Part shown: piece after piece, positions 37,038-49,980 of the stretch
Position numbering within the stretch: the first letter of the stretch is position 1
How the letters are laid out: each line of letters begins with the position of its first letter
Assembly (NCBI GenBank): GCA_028023455.1
Contig: JAQFVV010000005.1
Span: 23,420,180-23,484,179 of the forward strand
Reading direction: 5' to 3'
Length of the DNA: 64,000 bases
Source: Epiperipatus broadwayi
Lineage: Eukaryota > Animalia > Onychophora
Made by a program: the position numbers and the translations under genes
Notes under the pieces: model-generated
The model's database searches: none
What the model was told of the DNA's origin: nothing
The model's input: the letters and a program-made list of their open reading frames with translations, nothing else

Positions 37038-40000
37038 GTAAGTATGTGTACATGCTACTGGGTTGTGACTATATGTAACATGTATGTGTATATGTAATGT
37101 TCTAATTTATGATGACTTTCTGATTTCCATGGAAGGTGACTCGAATAGTTTGTATGTGATTAAACTCTTTCATGCTTAGAAATAGTGATTTTCTTTTGTA
37201 TGGATAAAAATTTGATGAATATTGGAATTAACTATAAGGTTTGGTTTAGGACTTATCTAATGAGGAGATAGAGTTTTCAAATTATAATCCTGTGTGTCCA
37301 TAGCCATATTTTTGACTTTTTAAAAGCCAACTAAATTAGGAACATAAAATATAATTTATATCATTAATTACACAACAAATCTTTTAAGTTTTATTAATGT
37401 ATCAATAGATTTCTGGATTTTATCTAATAAACCAAGCAAAAAATTCAGCATAAGTCTCTGTTTTGATATTTTTATTACTCAGGCTAGTGATCTGTTGTGG
37501 CAGCTAAATTGCAAAAGCAGAATATAAATTCGTCTTTGATTTTAGATTGCACAAAAACTATTTTAGCCAGAAAGACCAGTTCTACATGAGTCTAAAGTCC
37601 TCAAACCTCCTACAACTTTCATTGGTATACCAATGTAGATAATAATCTATTTTGTTTCACCTACTTAAATGTTGAGTACTTTATAGATGTTATCTTTTTC
37701 TAGTTTTAATATTTATTTATATATATGCAAGTTGCGTTATGTGTATGAAGATAAATGGAATACAAGTAATTAAATACTACAATGAGGGGATAATAGTTGA
37801 TTATTTGTTGGTGATAGTTTGCTATTAGTTGTATTTTTTTAATTAAAATTATTATCTACATCATAGCAATATTTAAAATCTTAACTAGCTTTTTATATTC
37901 TTTTGATGCAATGTATCATGTTTAAACATGTTAAGTTTATCATTTAGATTACTAGGAAACAGGATAATAGAACTAAGTGACAAAACTTGTTTGTCATCGA
38001 TATTAGTTTGCCAATAGAATGGAACTATTCTGATCCATATTCCAATTGGGTGTTCAACATAATTTTTCTAGGGTCTCAATTTAAAGAGAAACACATATAA
38101 GTGTTAAATTTCTTTTGGAGAGTAAATTCAAATAGTCTATAAAATTCTGTATTTTTTGATTATTGCTAGCAGTAATTTACTATTAAACAATTCAAAACAA
38201 AACCATGTGATGTTTAGTAATTTACTATTGAGTTTGAATCCTGCATCATAGAATTTTATTTTCTTATTAAATATAGATTGAAATCAGCAACAGATATGAA
38301 GATTTCATGTTAATTGTTCTGTTGGTTACTTGTAGATATGTAGTTATTTATATGCATGCATTTATACCTATATATTAAATCATCGCTAGAATATTTCAGC
38401 AGTGCTACCTGTATTTTCAAATACAAAATCTCAATAAAACAGCATAGGTAAAAGGTAAATATGAATAGTGCTGCTGAAGTATTCTAGCAATTGTTATAAT
38501 GATTTACTATATTTGAATTTTAGCTAATGATATGTGACTATTTATAACAGGTAAATATATATGTATAGATTAATAAGATATAAGATTTAAAAATGATTTC
38601 ATTTTGGAATTTTCGGATTAATTGACATGGCTATTAAGTCTTTTTAATAAGTGAATAAGATTTGATCAAATAAAATGTGAAAAATTAAAGCTTTTTTTTG
38701 AACAAAAAAAAAAAAACGCAGCACATGTGATAAGTATGATTGATTAACTTTTAAAAAATAAATAATTAGGGATTTATTACTTTTGCAATATTGGAAATGC
38801 AGTATCATAAAGTCGGAACATATTTACTCTAGAGGTAAAAAAACAAGCTTGATTTTAATGCCATTTTTACACTATTAATTTACCACTTAATAGCATAAAG
38901 CAGCCAATATTTGCAGAGTTTCTCCAAAATAAACGCAACAAGTAAAAAAATTGTTAATTACCAAATGACGATATTTATGAAAACATTTTTTTGATGATGT
39001 TGTTGCTTAGTCGATATGGCAATTTGTCAATGAAAAAAACTATAAATAAATATAAATAATTAAGAAACTAGAATTTTAAAGATGCTAATTTACAATACTG
39101 CGTAGAACAATTAATTTATAAGATTGTTGAATGCATATTTTAAAAGATTTAGATTTTTTTTGTAGAAATATAATGAAAATTTGATTCATCATTTTTTAAG
39201 GTACTAGAAAAAATAAACTAGATATGGAAAAAAATAATGAAAATCCTTAAAAATTAAAGATAAAAACAATTTAATATTTATTGTTTGAATGCATTTAAAA
39301 TATTTAAAGTACAATTTGGCAGTTAACTTTAAATACAACTTAGATATTATATTTCAAAACATTCTATATCTTTTACTCGTGAAATGTGTATACTGTGAAG
39401 CTGCTACATCAACTACCTCAATATATGCTATCCTAAAAAAAAAAAAAGTAAAAATAAAAATTTTATAATTTGTAAATACTACATTATATATACATTATTT
39501 TTTGATAAATAGCAGCCATTTTTTTTGTCGCAGTAAGTTTCATTTATTCATAACTATTGTTTCTGACACAGCAATGTAATTCAGAATAAATTTCATTCCT
39601 TTTTTTTCCTTTCAAGAATTGATAAAATTTTATTTGGGATGCTTCAAAGCTAAAACTTAGTGATTGTAGCCGTTGTATTCAAGTTTAAAAAAATTTGTGA
39701 AAATTTTTTTTTTAAATATTAAAATGAAAAAAAAAAAATCATATTTTTATATCTTTTGTCTGTGATAATAATAAATAGAAATCATTAAAAAAAAATCCAG
39801 CAAGATTTTATAATTGTCAAAGAAATAGAATATGGTAAATTTTATTGTTACTGTTCTATAAAGCTCCTCAAGAGTCAATTCATAAACAAAAATTTCATTG
39901 GAACCTTCCGACAAACTGTAATGCCGAAATCAAGAATTCTTAACATCATCTTTCTCAGATCTCAAACAAGGATAATGACGAATCATAACATCCCTAATTT

Positions 40001-43000
40001 TGACTATTAATTCTTACAAATGTTTTTGAACCATATACAAAACTTGGAATAATGCATGATGATAAATGCAGAATTTGTAAGTTACAGATGATTGTGTTTT
40101 CTAAAATTCTTTGTCATGACAACTATTCTTTAAGAACCTTATCAATTATGATGGTTAATATAGCAAGCCTTCATGGAAGGAAAATAAACTTTGTTATACA
40201 AATATTTCATACTCCAATCAAAGTTTTACTTTAAACTCCTTGTTTATCTTCAATCTACCATATGCTAGAAGTTTAATATGGCTCACAATTTATTTTGGGT
40301 GACCTTAAACCAAATTGCTCATTCCAAATTAGGAGTTATTTCTGGTTGTAATGTAGCTGTCAGTTCTATATTACTTTTAGCAAGCTTAACAAATGTGAAA
40401 AAATTGGAAACGGATATTGGATTGAATTTTGATGGTCTATCTTTCTGATGGTGATTTCGAAGACAATTGACGAAAAAAAACTTGACCCATAACGAATAAA
40501 AAATTGCAAAACAATGTCAAATGTTTGGTTTTTTATTTTTTTTTTTTAAAATGTAATAATTTTATTGATTGTAATAAATGGCAAATATAATTTATTCTAC
40601 TGCAACATAAAATTAATAAATATTTGATTATTATTTAATTCCAAACAAAGAATTGAGTTTTTTAATGTTTTAAGATAATGATGACTATCTTTGATATTTC
40701 TATGGCAGCGATGAATTTTTTTTATTTATCAGTGTGATAAGAACTAATAAACACTTGTGAAATGACACTAAACAGTAAAACATCAAGGTGTTTATTGCAT
40801 TTATTTTTGGATAAAAAAATGGAAAATGTACTTTTCATAAAATATATATCGGTAACTATAATTCACTATTTTCTTTTGCTGTATTTTCTAAATCATAAAT
40901 TATTTTCAAACAAGTTCTATATTAAATAACTAATACATGCATTTACTTTTATGAACACTTCCTTTACTACTTTTATTGAATACATTTATTATCTTCAATT
41001 AATTACGCATAGAATATTTTTTTTATTGTTTTGCTTTCTAAAAGACTGCTTAGCAAATTCATTAATACATATTAATATTTTATTCCTTATTGATTAAGAA
41101 AAACAATAAAAAAGTATTCCATAAATATATATATTTAGTATCAAATGTAAGATTTGTTTGAAAATAATTTGCTTTAGTGAGCAAAAACAATATGAAAGAA
41201 ATGAAATTTGCAACTTTAATTTATCTACATTTTATGAAATGTATATTTTTCATTTTTTTAAAGCAAAAAATAAAGGCAATAAATGCCTATGTATTTTAAT
41301 ATTTTACAAGTAAGTTGTTTATTAATTTTTTCCAGTGGTAAATGGAAAAAGTGATTTTTACATTAAATATATAAACTAATCATAATCTGAAAAAAACTTA
41401 TTTTTCTTTATGTATTGATAAAATGATAAAAAATTAAACAAATTTATCTTTCTTATTCCTGTTATAGTGTGTATTTTATTAAAATTAATCAACCTTAAGT
41501 TTTGTTCGACAGTAAACTTTTTCATAGTTCTGAAGAAGATTGTGGTCAATAGAAACTGTAAGGTTGATTACTTTTAATAAAATAAGAATTCTAACAGTAA
41601 TAAGAAAGTGAATTTGTTTTAATTTTTTATCTTAAAAATAATTAAAACAATCAGTTTTTTTTTTTGAAATTAGCAGTAATCAAATATTTGCTAATTTTAT
41701 TATTATATTTGCCAGATTTATTACTATCATTAAAATTATTTTGCCTTTTTTTTTTTTTTGAGCAAAGAAATATTGACATTTTATTTATTATTTTGCATTT
41801 TTTAATCTTTTATGATTGTTTTTCCGTAGGTTTTTCTATGTGGTGCCATCAAACAGATAGATTGTTCAAATTCAATCCTAATTTACGTTGAACTCACATT
41901 AGAACAATACCATTACTATTTTTTTTTTTTTGAGGAAATGTGAATAAATATTTAAATACATTATGAGCTCTCAATTTATTATTTCACTATCTTTTTCATA
42001 TCTATATTGTAATTTTTTAAGAATATTTTTGTTGATAATTATAGCATGTATATGTACTATAATCTTTACTTAAGCTGTATTATAAATGCATGTATATACA
42101 TATTAAAAAGCTGTGAATATATATACTGTGTATATTGAAAATTGCTCTACATATACATACAGTTAGCAATATCTAATGTAAACAAAACATTGTAAACAAA
42201 ATAAGTTATTCATTAATTAACACCATTTTCTAAAAAGCTTAAGACAAAATGTAATGGATTTGGGAATTCCAATATATTTATAAGTAAATAAATATGTAAT
42301 TTAATATCACAGTAACAACATAAGTTTAACAAGTTTAGATTAATGTTAATTATACTGATTAAATACTAGAAATTTTTTTTTTAATAATCTTAGCTATTGA
42401 AAAAAACTTTTTTTAAAGTTGAATTTTACAAATAAAATTTTCAATTATCACTGTACTTATTAGAAACAACAATAGCCACATAAACAAGTATGGAATTTGT
42501 GTGTTCGGGACTATTTCGTTTCTCCAGTAGCTAAGTTTAACAGCAGTCACGTGCTAATTTAAGATAATTAAGATATGGGGGAAATAAGAAAGAGGGATTG
42601 GGAATGATACAGTTTTTGCTTTGATTCTGAGAATGATTTTGGGTTGATTTTTGAAAATATAAACTTCAGTTAAATATTTTTTGACAAAAGGCTTTTTTAT
42701 TATTATTGATGTTTCTAAGTAAGATCCTAGCCATAAAAGAAATTTGAAAAGAATTTATTAGCAAGGGAAAAAACAAAAATGATTTGGGAAAATAAGATTA
42801 TTTAAAATGCACTCTACATATTTCAAATTATAATACAGGGTTTGGAATAAATATAATAATCAAATATATTTGGGGAATCACTTGACATTTGTGTATTGGT
42901 AGTGGTAGTTTGAATTTTTATTCAGGAACCTTTAGTTCTGGAGTCCATCACTGTGCCAAAATCACATAAGGTTGGGAGGAAATTGGAGTTGTAACTATTA

Positions 43001-43271
43001 TGTGATAGTTATGCCAATGATATCAAATGGTTAAATTTGATAATTTTATCATTATAATTTGATCATGATCGTCTTTATCACTGATGCATGCAAATGAAAA
43101 CTGAACAAGGAACTGAAATCCAACTCTCTAAATAAAATAAAATGGTTTCTGCAATTTCATATTCTTCTTGGTTGGTGGCAAGTGTACATATATCTATAAT
43201 ATTTTTTTACTAATATTTTTTATTTATTAATGATTTATAGTTGTAAACTATTTTTTTATTTTTATTTTTAG

Positions 43272-43406
43272 ATTCCCAGTTCTCTCGAACAATATTTGAA
43301 TTGTGTCACAACAGGAGATGGTTCTGTAAACAGCCTAATCATGGTTTCATTTTTGTATGATTATTTATCCCATTGCAAAAATCTTAATCTGATAAACAAA
43401 TATAAG
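43272..43406 (+). CDS. GCN1: GCN1 coding exon 6
   Basis: tttttag/gtaa boundaries. IPSSLEQYLNCVTTGDGSVNSLIMVSFLYDYLSHCKNLNLINKYK matches human NPGLVEQYLSAILSLEPNQNYAGMLGLLVQFCTSHKEMDVVSQHK. Confidence 0.92.
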
Positions 43407-43999
43407 GTAAATTGTATATACAATTTTGTATCATTGGATAACTAATTTTTTTATTATTATTTAAACTATAGATTTTTAATGATTATTTACTTTGGCTTTA
43501 TGCTAAAAATAAATAAATAATAATAATCAAAAAATCAACTAATTTAAACAAATTTTTAGCAGATAATTATAATGCCATTTTTTCTTCCTTAACTTTAGGG
43601 CACTGTTAATTGTATTAATTTTATTCTAGTTAGAACAAAACCAATTTATTTTTTATTTAGAATGTTAAATATCAACTTCATTTCATTTTTTTTTTGTTTT
43701 TAGATGTAAATAAATAAAATGGTCTATAAACATGTCATGGTTAAGCAATAATACTTAATCACCAGCAACACTAAACTTAAAACTGTTCCATTGCTAATTT
43801 TATTTCTTTGCATAGCTAATATAAGCTGATTTTTAAACCCAAACCTTTATGAAATTAAGAAATGGTACTGTTTATTTACCAGTTAATTTAATGATTTGAC
43901 TTTTGGTTATGCATTTTCTCAATAATGAGGCTAACGTAATCCCCAAAGCTGTTATACCTTTGTATATGTATAAGTATAAAATAGACAATCATTAATGAT

Positions 44000-45330
44000 T
44001 TTCAAGAAAGTAGGACTAAAGGTCAATGCTAAATATGAATTAGATGAAGTTTGGTCAGACTATTAATACAGATGAAAACATAATGCATAAAATTAATCAT
44101 AGAATTAAGCTTGGATGTAGCATTTTTGATAGAAATAACTTATTCTTAAAAGAAAATATACACATGTGTTTTTAAAAAAAGATTTTTAATAGATATGTTT
44201 TACTAGGTTTTACTTATGGATCTGAAACTTGAGTACTTAACTGAAAAACCATTCAGAGATGTCAGACCATTTGATGAAATATGGAGAGTTGTAGTTAGAA
44301 ATAACAAGAAGAGATTGTAAATGAAATACAGGGTAAAAGAACAAAGAATTATTACTAATATTCTTGAAAGAATTAAGAAATTATAATGGAGTTGGAATGA
44401 ACATATTACTAGTAGAGATGATGATAAGAGGATAGTTGAAATCTTAAACTGGATTTCAAGAGATTTAAAGACTTAGAAAAAGACTAAGTTAGATGGATGG
44501 AGTAAAGAATTTTGCTGTGGTGTATCATGGAGAAGAGAGGTTAAAAAGCAAAGAAATTAGACTAAACTTAGAGAGACTTTCATCCCACAATGGGTCAATA
44601 ATGATTGAAAATGATGAGTAATGAGCACAATATAGTCTCCAAAGCTGGTTACACATCAAAATCACGTGTAAGGATAAAATAAGCAATTGTTAATGATTTT
44701 CAAGAAAGTAGAACTAAAAATAAATGCTAAAAAGATTAAAGTAATGTTCAATGGATTTTTCAGAAAATTTTTTAGAAAAAATTAACAAATACAAATACTT
44801 TGATCAGATTAGCAATACCAATAGAAGCATAATAGGTAAAATTAATCTCAGAATTAAACTTGGATGAAGTGTTTTTGATAGAAATAACTTAAGTATGCGT
44901 ACATGTTTGAAGAGAAAGGGTTTTTAATAGTTGTGTTTTACCAGCTCTTATTTATGGATCCGAGATTTGGACACTTAACTAAAGAACAGTTCGGAGAGTT
45001 TAGATCACTCATTGAAATATTATGGAGAAATATATGTAAAGAATAACAAGAAAGAAAAATTGTAAATGAAATACATGGGTAAAAGAACAAGCAAACATTA
45101 TTGGCATCATTGAAAAAATTAAGACTGAAATGGAATTGGACTGGAGATCTTGTTAGAAGAGATGATAATAGATGGACAGTTAAAGTCTTAAACCAGATTC
45201 CAAGAAATTGTAAAAGGCATAGAAAGAGATGACATATGAGATGGATGAATGAAATAAGGAAGTTTCCTGCTGTTTTGTGGAGAAGCTAGGAATCAGAGAT
45301 ATTGGATTAAATTGAAAATGATGATGATGG
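44000..45330 (+). mobile_element. Two adjacent 3' fragments of an RTE-like LINE (about 44000-44620 and 44690-45330)
   Basis: Both begin attgttaatgattttcaagaaagtag-like and encode decayed KVGLKxNAK, RIKLGW, LTYGSE, KWxWxG and RRDDNRW motifs. They end in gaaaatgatga(tga) tails. Confidence 0.75.
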
Positions 45331-45669
45331 TAAAAAATTTAGTTTGTTAACAAATTCAAAATGCATCTTAATGTTGGAATCTTATTTAAAAACTAGTCTA
45401 AATTAGAAATCAATAGTAATAAGTAAACATTCTGCTAAGCATATTTTTAGTATAGTTTATAAACTGTTTATTAATAGCAGTTTATACCCTTCCTTCTTCT
45501 CCCTCTCTCTTTTTAAATTATAATTTCAAAATATCAAATGCAGTTAATTAACGATATCAGCATTCAATTGAAATATGAACACAAAATAAATATTAAAGTT
45601 TTTTGTCTAACTTATTATATACATTTTGTAATTTATTTTTGAAATATTTTATTATGAGAGCTGATTAGG

Positions 45670-46270
45670 CAGATGTTATTAACCTGTAAACCTTGACTTC
45701 TTTTACTACTGATGAGATATTATTTAGCTAAAGATTCTTGAGTTTATAGTTTATCATTATCTTCATTAGTGATAAAGGAAGATATTATTCACTTGCTGAA
45801 TTTGAGATCGTGGTTTATTGGTACCTGGGAGGGAGGTATTATATACTTGCAGACTCTGAGCTCATAGTTGGCCTTTGATTGCCTTTACTACTGGGGAAGT
45901 ATTATTCAGTAGCAGAATCTGAGGTTGTAATGTTTTTTTTTACCATTGATAAGAGATTTGGACTTTGTTCCTAGATTACTGTTATCTTCATATCTGATGA
46001 GGCAATCGTTATTTACCTGCAGATTCTGAGCTGAATTGATTATTGCCTTTGCTATTGATGAGGGAAGTATCATTCATTAGCAGACAGATTGGAATTTACT
46101 ACTTCCTTTACCATTAATAACAAATGTATTTTTCATCTATGGACTCTGAAGTCATGGTTATCTGTTACCTTCACAATTGATAAGAGAGGTGTTATTAACT
46201 TGTGGTCTTTGAAGTCATCAATTATGTTGGAGGTATTATTCCCGTGTAGATTTTGAGTTCATGATTTACC
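45670..46270. repeat. Degenerate minisatellite with a ~55-65 bp unit
   Basis: Recurrent words rtattattcacttgcagattctgagctc and cctttactactgatgaggg, about ten diverged units. Confidence 0.6.
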
Positions 46271-46662
46271 ATTACTTTTTACTGTTTAGTTCATTGATAT
46301 CTTTTTAATATATTATTTATGAAGTTTATAAAATTGCAATATTATTTAAATTCTTTTTAATTACTCGATTCCTTATAATAATTTTTATTTTATTTATTAA
46401 GTTAGCATATTATTTCTTAATTTCAGCAGTGATAGAGTAACTGTTTTATGCATTGTGATCATGTTATTATGATTTAATTTGTATTTTATATATGCAGTAG
46501 TATAATATAATAATGACATCTATCTTCATCACCATCTTTAGTTAGGTAGTAACCAAAGGTAGATCATATTACCATCTGGTATTCTATTTTAAATAGGCTG
46601 TACAGAAAATTGAATGTCTTTATCCTATATTAATATTAGAATTTGTATTATTATTGTTTTAG

Positions 46663-46731
46663 ATTGTTGTTATACAGCAATATATCAAAGTCGTCTTGAA
46701 TTCTCGTGTCAAACCTTCTGTGTATTTTCTG
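46663..46731 (+). CDS. GCN1: GCN1 coding exon 7
   Basis: ttttag/gtaag boundaries. IVVIQQYIKVVLNSRVKPSVYFL matches human SALLDFYMKNILMSKVKPPKYLL. Confidence 0.92.
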
Positions 46732-46882
46732 GTAAGTTTTTTTTTTGTCAGTGTGTGCATAGCTATTAATTAAAAATGTAACTTTTTATATTTTAGAAAG
46801 TTTATTTATTCATATCAAACTTAAACAGATTGTTTATATTCTGAAAATTTTACCTTATGATGGAAGAAAATTAGACAGTTTG

Positions 46883-46967
46883 TGTCAAGCTTTGGTGGCC
46901 GAGTGGTTAGCACAGCTGCCTTACAAGCAGTTGTCCTTGGGTTCGCTTTCCGGCCGACACTATGACA
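46883..46967 (+). mobile_element. tRNA-like mini-element (copy 3)
   Basis: 46889-46960: GCTTTGG TGGCCGAGTGGTTAGCACA GCTGC CTTACAA GCAGT TGTC CTTGGGTTCGCTTTCCGG CCGACAC. A-box and B-box-like motifs; flanked by tgtca and tgaca. Confidence 0.7.
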
Positions 46968-47806
46968 AATAAAATAAAAAAATTAAACAGTTTATGATAC
47001 CCAAATTATTTAACATTTTTTTTGGTTTATTAAAAAGTAATCCCTTGAAACAACTTCAATTACACAGTCTTTGGTAACATTTTAGAATATAACATGTAAT
47101 CTAAATTAATCTTATTAATAGATTTATAGAAACAGTTTCACGTTAGGATATAATATTTTATGCATATATCCCCTGACATTTATATTTTAATGACAAAATA
47201 TTGATCTTCAGTTGTCAGTACAGCTGCCATACTTTACTTGTTTCATAAAGAATTGTTGTTTTTAGCCTAGATTTATAATTATAGAAAAAAGAAAAGATAT
47301 TTTAAAATCATTTTAGATATTGTAAATAGTTTACACATTCAAGATTTTTAAGTAGTAAACATGCTTTGCAGAATTATACCATCTTTACTTTGTCCAATGA
47401 TATAAGCATTAAATAAATCAGTGATAAAATAAATAAATTCAAATTCCAGTCATTATTGGACATAGTATTTAATCCAGTGATTAGAAATTTTTATTCATAC
47501 TGATGCTCTGAAGCTAATGACCTTTCTTGCTATATATGTGATATGAGAGTTGTTTATATATATTAATAACCTGTTGTAAGATAATGTGCATTTATTTCTG
47601 ACCTGATAACAAAAATGCTGATATATATCAAATTAAACGTCATTGACTTTTCCTATTTAAATTTGTATTAAATAGCGACGATTTCTATTTCTACCTTATC
47701 CTTCAGTATTTGCACTCTATTCATCGATCATTCAGAATTTGAATTGTTGGCTAGACTGGAATATGGAGACCATGAGTTTCTAATTTTCACTGGAGTATGC
47801 TAAAAT

Positions 47807-47993
47807 AGGCTTGCAACTAGTCTGGGGATATTGGATGAGTAGGTAGTAGATGGGGATTTTATGCACAAGCCTTCTGGCATCCATTGATTACTCTAGCTTG
47901 TTGTGTGTGGCAATATATAGTGAGTTTTGCCTGTTTTAACAGCAGTTATACACAAGCATAAGAGGTGGTAGTCGTGATGTTTATTGGCTTAAA
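47807..47993 (+). mobile_element. Family-A element, 5'-truncated inside the ribozyme, with TSD
   Basis: Homology starts at aactagtctgggg and ends at gatgtttattggcttaaa. 13-bp direct repeat agtatgctaaaat (47794-47806; 47994-48006). Confidence 0.85.
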
Positions 47994-48079
47994 AGTATGC
48001 TAAAATGTTTGTTGCTTGCCTTGATATATCTATGAATAAGAATGAAAGCTTTTAGCATTAGCTCAACTTTAAAACGAGA

Positions 48080-48396
48080 TGGTATTTTATCTCTTACACT
48101 TATATATATATATATGAACTTAGACTTTCAAGCTTTCTTACAACCGATACACCTGATCACTTACATGTGAAAAAGATAAATGATCAGTATTTTGTGCTGA
48201 ACCAGCACTCATCACTTGGTCCAGATCACCATTTCCCTCACATTTGAACAATCAATGCTCAGTTTATATTAAGATAGCAAATCTTCAAATTTTAATGGAT
48301 AAGCTGCAATCTTTTTTATTCTCCAACTTCGGCCATCCATATCATTGAAAATCTGATGATGGAACACTCGAAACCCTTGTTGATGCCAATAGGGTA
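48080..48396. mobile_element. Second family-C copy with both hammerhead-like motifs
   Basis: Homologous to about 17240-17555. Minus motif ACCAA GTGATGA GTGCT GGTTC AGCAC AAAA TAC (48220-48187). Plus motif CTGATGA tg ga acac tc GAAA ccct...aggg TA (48353-48396). Imperfect 22-bp flanking repeat (48058-48079; 48397-48418, 3 mismatches). Confidence 0.75.
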
Positions 48397-48659
48397 TTAA
48401 CTCAGCTTTAAAACAAGAACATATACATTTATCTAAAGTTACTTCTAATCAAGGACTATAAATGATCAAAATTACTTATTTATTTATTGAAAAATTCTTC
48501 AAAGTCACATGACTATTAATTTTTTACTGCCTCACCTTGATTTTTTGCATTAAGTGTATCTACAAGTCTTTAGAATTATAGTAATGAAAATTTTGCTTTA
48601 CTATAAACTTAAGAATCTGAAAATGATTTAAATATCTTGAGAGCTTTTTATGTAGAAAG

Positions 48660-49520
48660 TCTGGACTTAAAATGTTGCTGCATTTGACAAGTTTAAAAAA
48701 TAATTTTATTATACTGATATAACTACTGCAGCTAAATTAATTATACATGTAACTGTTATTTGCATCATTTTATTGTAAAGGAAATCTGCATTCCTTGTTT
48801 AGTTAACATAAAGGCATTCAAAAAAAGTTATTTAAGAATGCCCCATAAGATTATAGAAATGTGACGATAAACCGTTTAGCTTGATGGATGTGATACATTT
48901 CTTGGAGTGAATGTGTCATGTAAATGAATGGCATCGGATTTCATTTTAAAATATTTTATAATAAATTCATGAATGATTTCTATGGAAGAGGCAGGCTTAG
49001 TTTACATTATAAAAACTATCTTTAAGACATTGTGATGAAGTCCCATATTGATTGTTTTTATTGGAAAAATATGATTGATTTAAAGGATATAGGGAAGAGT
49101 TACAATTGAGCAATTTGTATTTAAAAAAAGTATGACTTAAAATGTTGAAGTGCAACACAGGTTGCATTTAACAAGTTTAAAAGATAGGATATTTTATTAT
49201 AATGATATAATTACTGCACCTAATAGTTATATAAAGAGCTGTTATTTTGCATTATTTTATTCTGAGATCTGCACTTCTGGTTTATTTGCATAAAGGCATT
49301 AAAAAAAAATTTCATTCACCAATTTTTTTTAAGATTATATAAATGTTAATTTATTTAGCTTGGTGGATGTGTGATGTGAATGTGTGATATTGAGTTTCAT
49401 TTAAAAAGTATTTTATAGTGAATTTAGGTATGGTTACCATGAAAGAGACAGACTTCATTTGTGTTATAAAGACTATCTAAGATACAGTGATGAACTGTCA
49501 TATTGTTTTCATTGGTGAGG
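48660..49520. repeat. Diverged tandem duplication with a ~470-bp period
   Basis: gacttaaaatgttg at about 48664 and 49134, followed by collinear blocks (cataaaggcatt, tttagcttgrtggatgtg, gcagrcttc/agtttacattat). Confidence 0.75.
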
Positions 49521-49830
49521 TATGGCTGAGAGCAGATTGAAATATTTTAAAAAGTAAAGCTTAGTGCAAACAAAAGTTAAAGGATCATGTGATATATGTA
49601 GAGGTTAGTGTAATTCAGGGCTATGCAGCCTTAAGTAATTTAGAAGCCACATTAAAAAAAAATCTGAGAGTCACATTGAAAATAATAAATACAATAGATA
49701 TACTAAATTATTGGAGCATGCTATTATTAGTTAAATTTGACAGGCATTTCAAAAATATAAAAAAAATACATTATAGTGTTTATAAATTTTTTATTGAATA
49801 ATAGACAAGGTACAATGATTATTTATATCA

Positions 49831-49980
49831 CATGATCACCATTTCTTATGCTAGCACATAACTGTTATTAAAACAGGCAAAATTCTCCATACAGTAGTAC
49901 CACTCGGTGCCAACCAGAAATCCATTGATTACTCTGGTTGGCACTGAGTGGCACTACTATATGGAGAGTTTTGCCTGTTT
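49831..49980. mobile_element. Short inverted family-A insertion lacking the ribozyme core
   Basis: Two family-A segments in opposite orientation, joined near 49920. 15-bp direct repeat tgattatttatatca (49816-49830; 49981-49995). Confidence 0.85.

Noticed and set aside
39800-40500. Possible transposase remnant (also about 51300-51720 and 55850-56300)
   Set aside because: The composition looks coding-like, but I could not assign any diagnostic motif with confidence.
46889-46960. Functional tRNA-Val(TAC) gene
   Set aside because: Acceptor and T-stem mismatches, and the anticodon loop differs among homologous copies. Treated as a tRNA-derived element.
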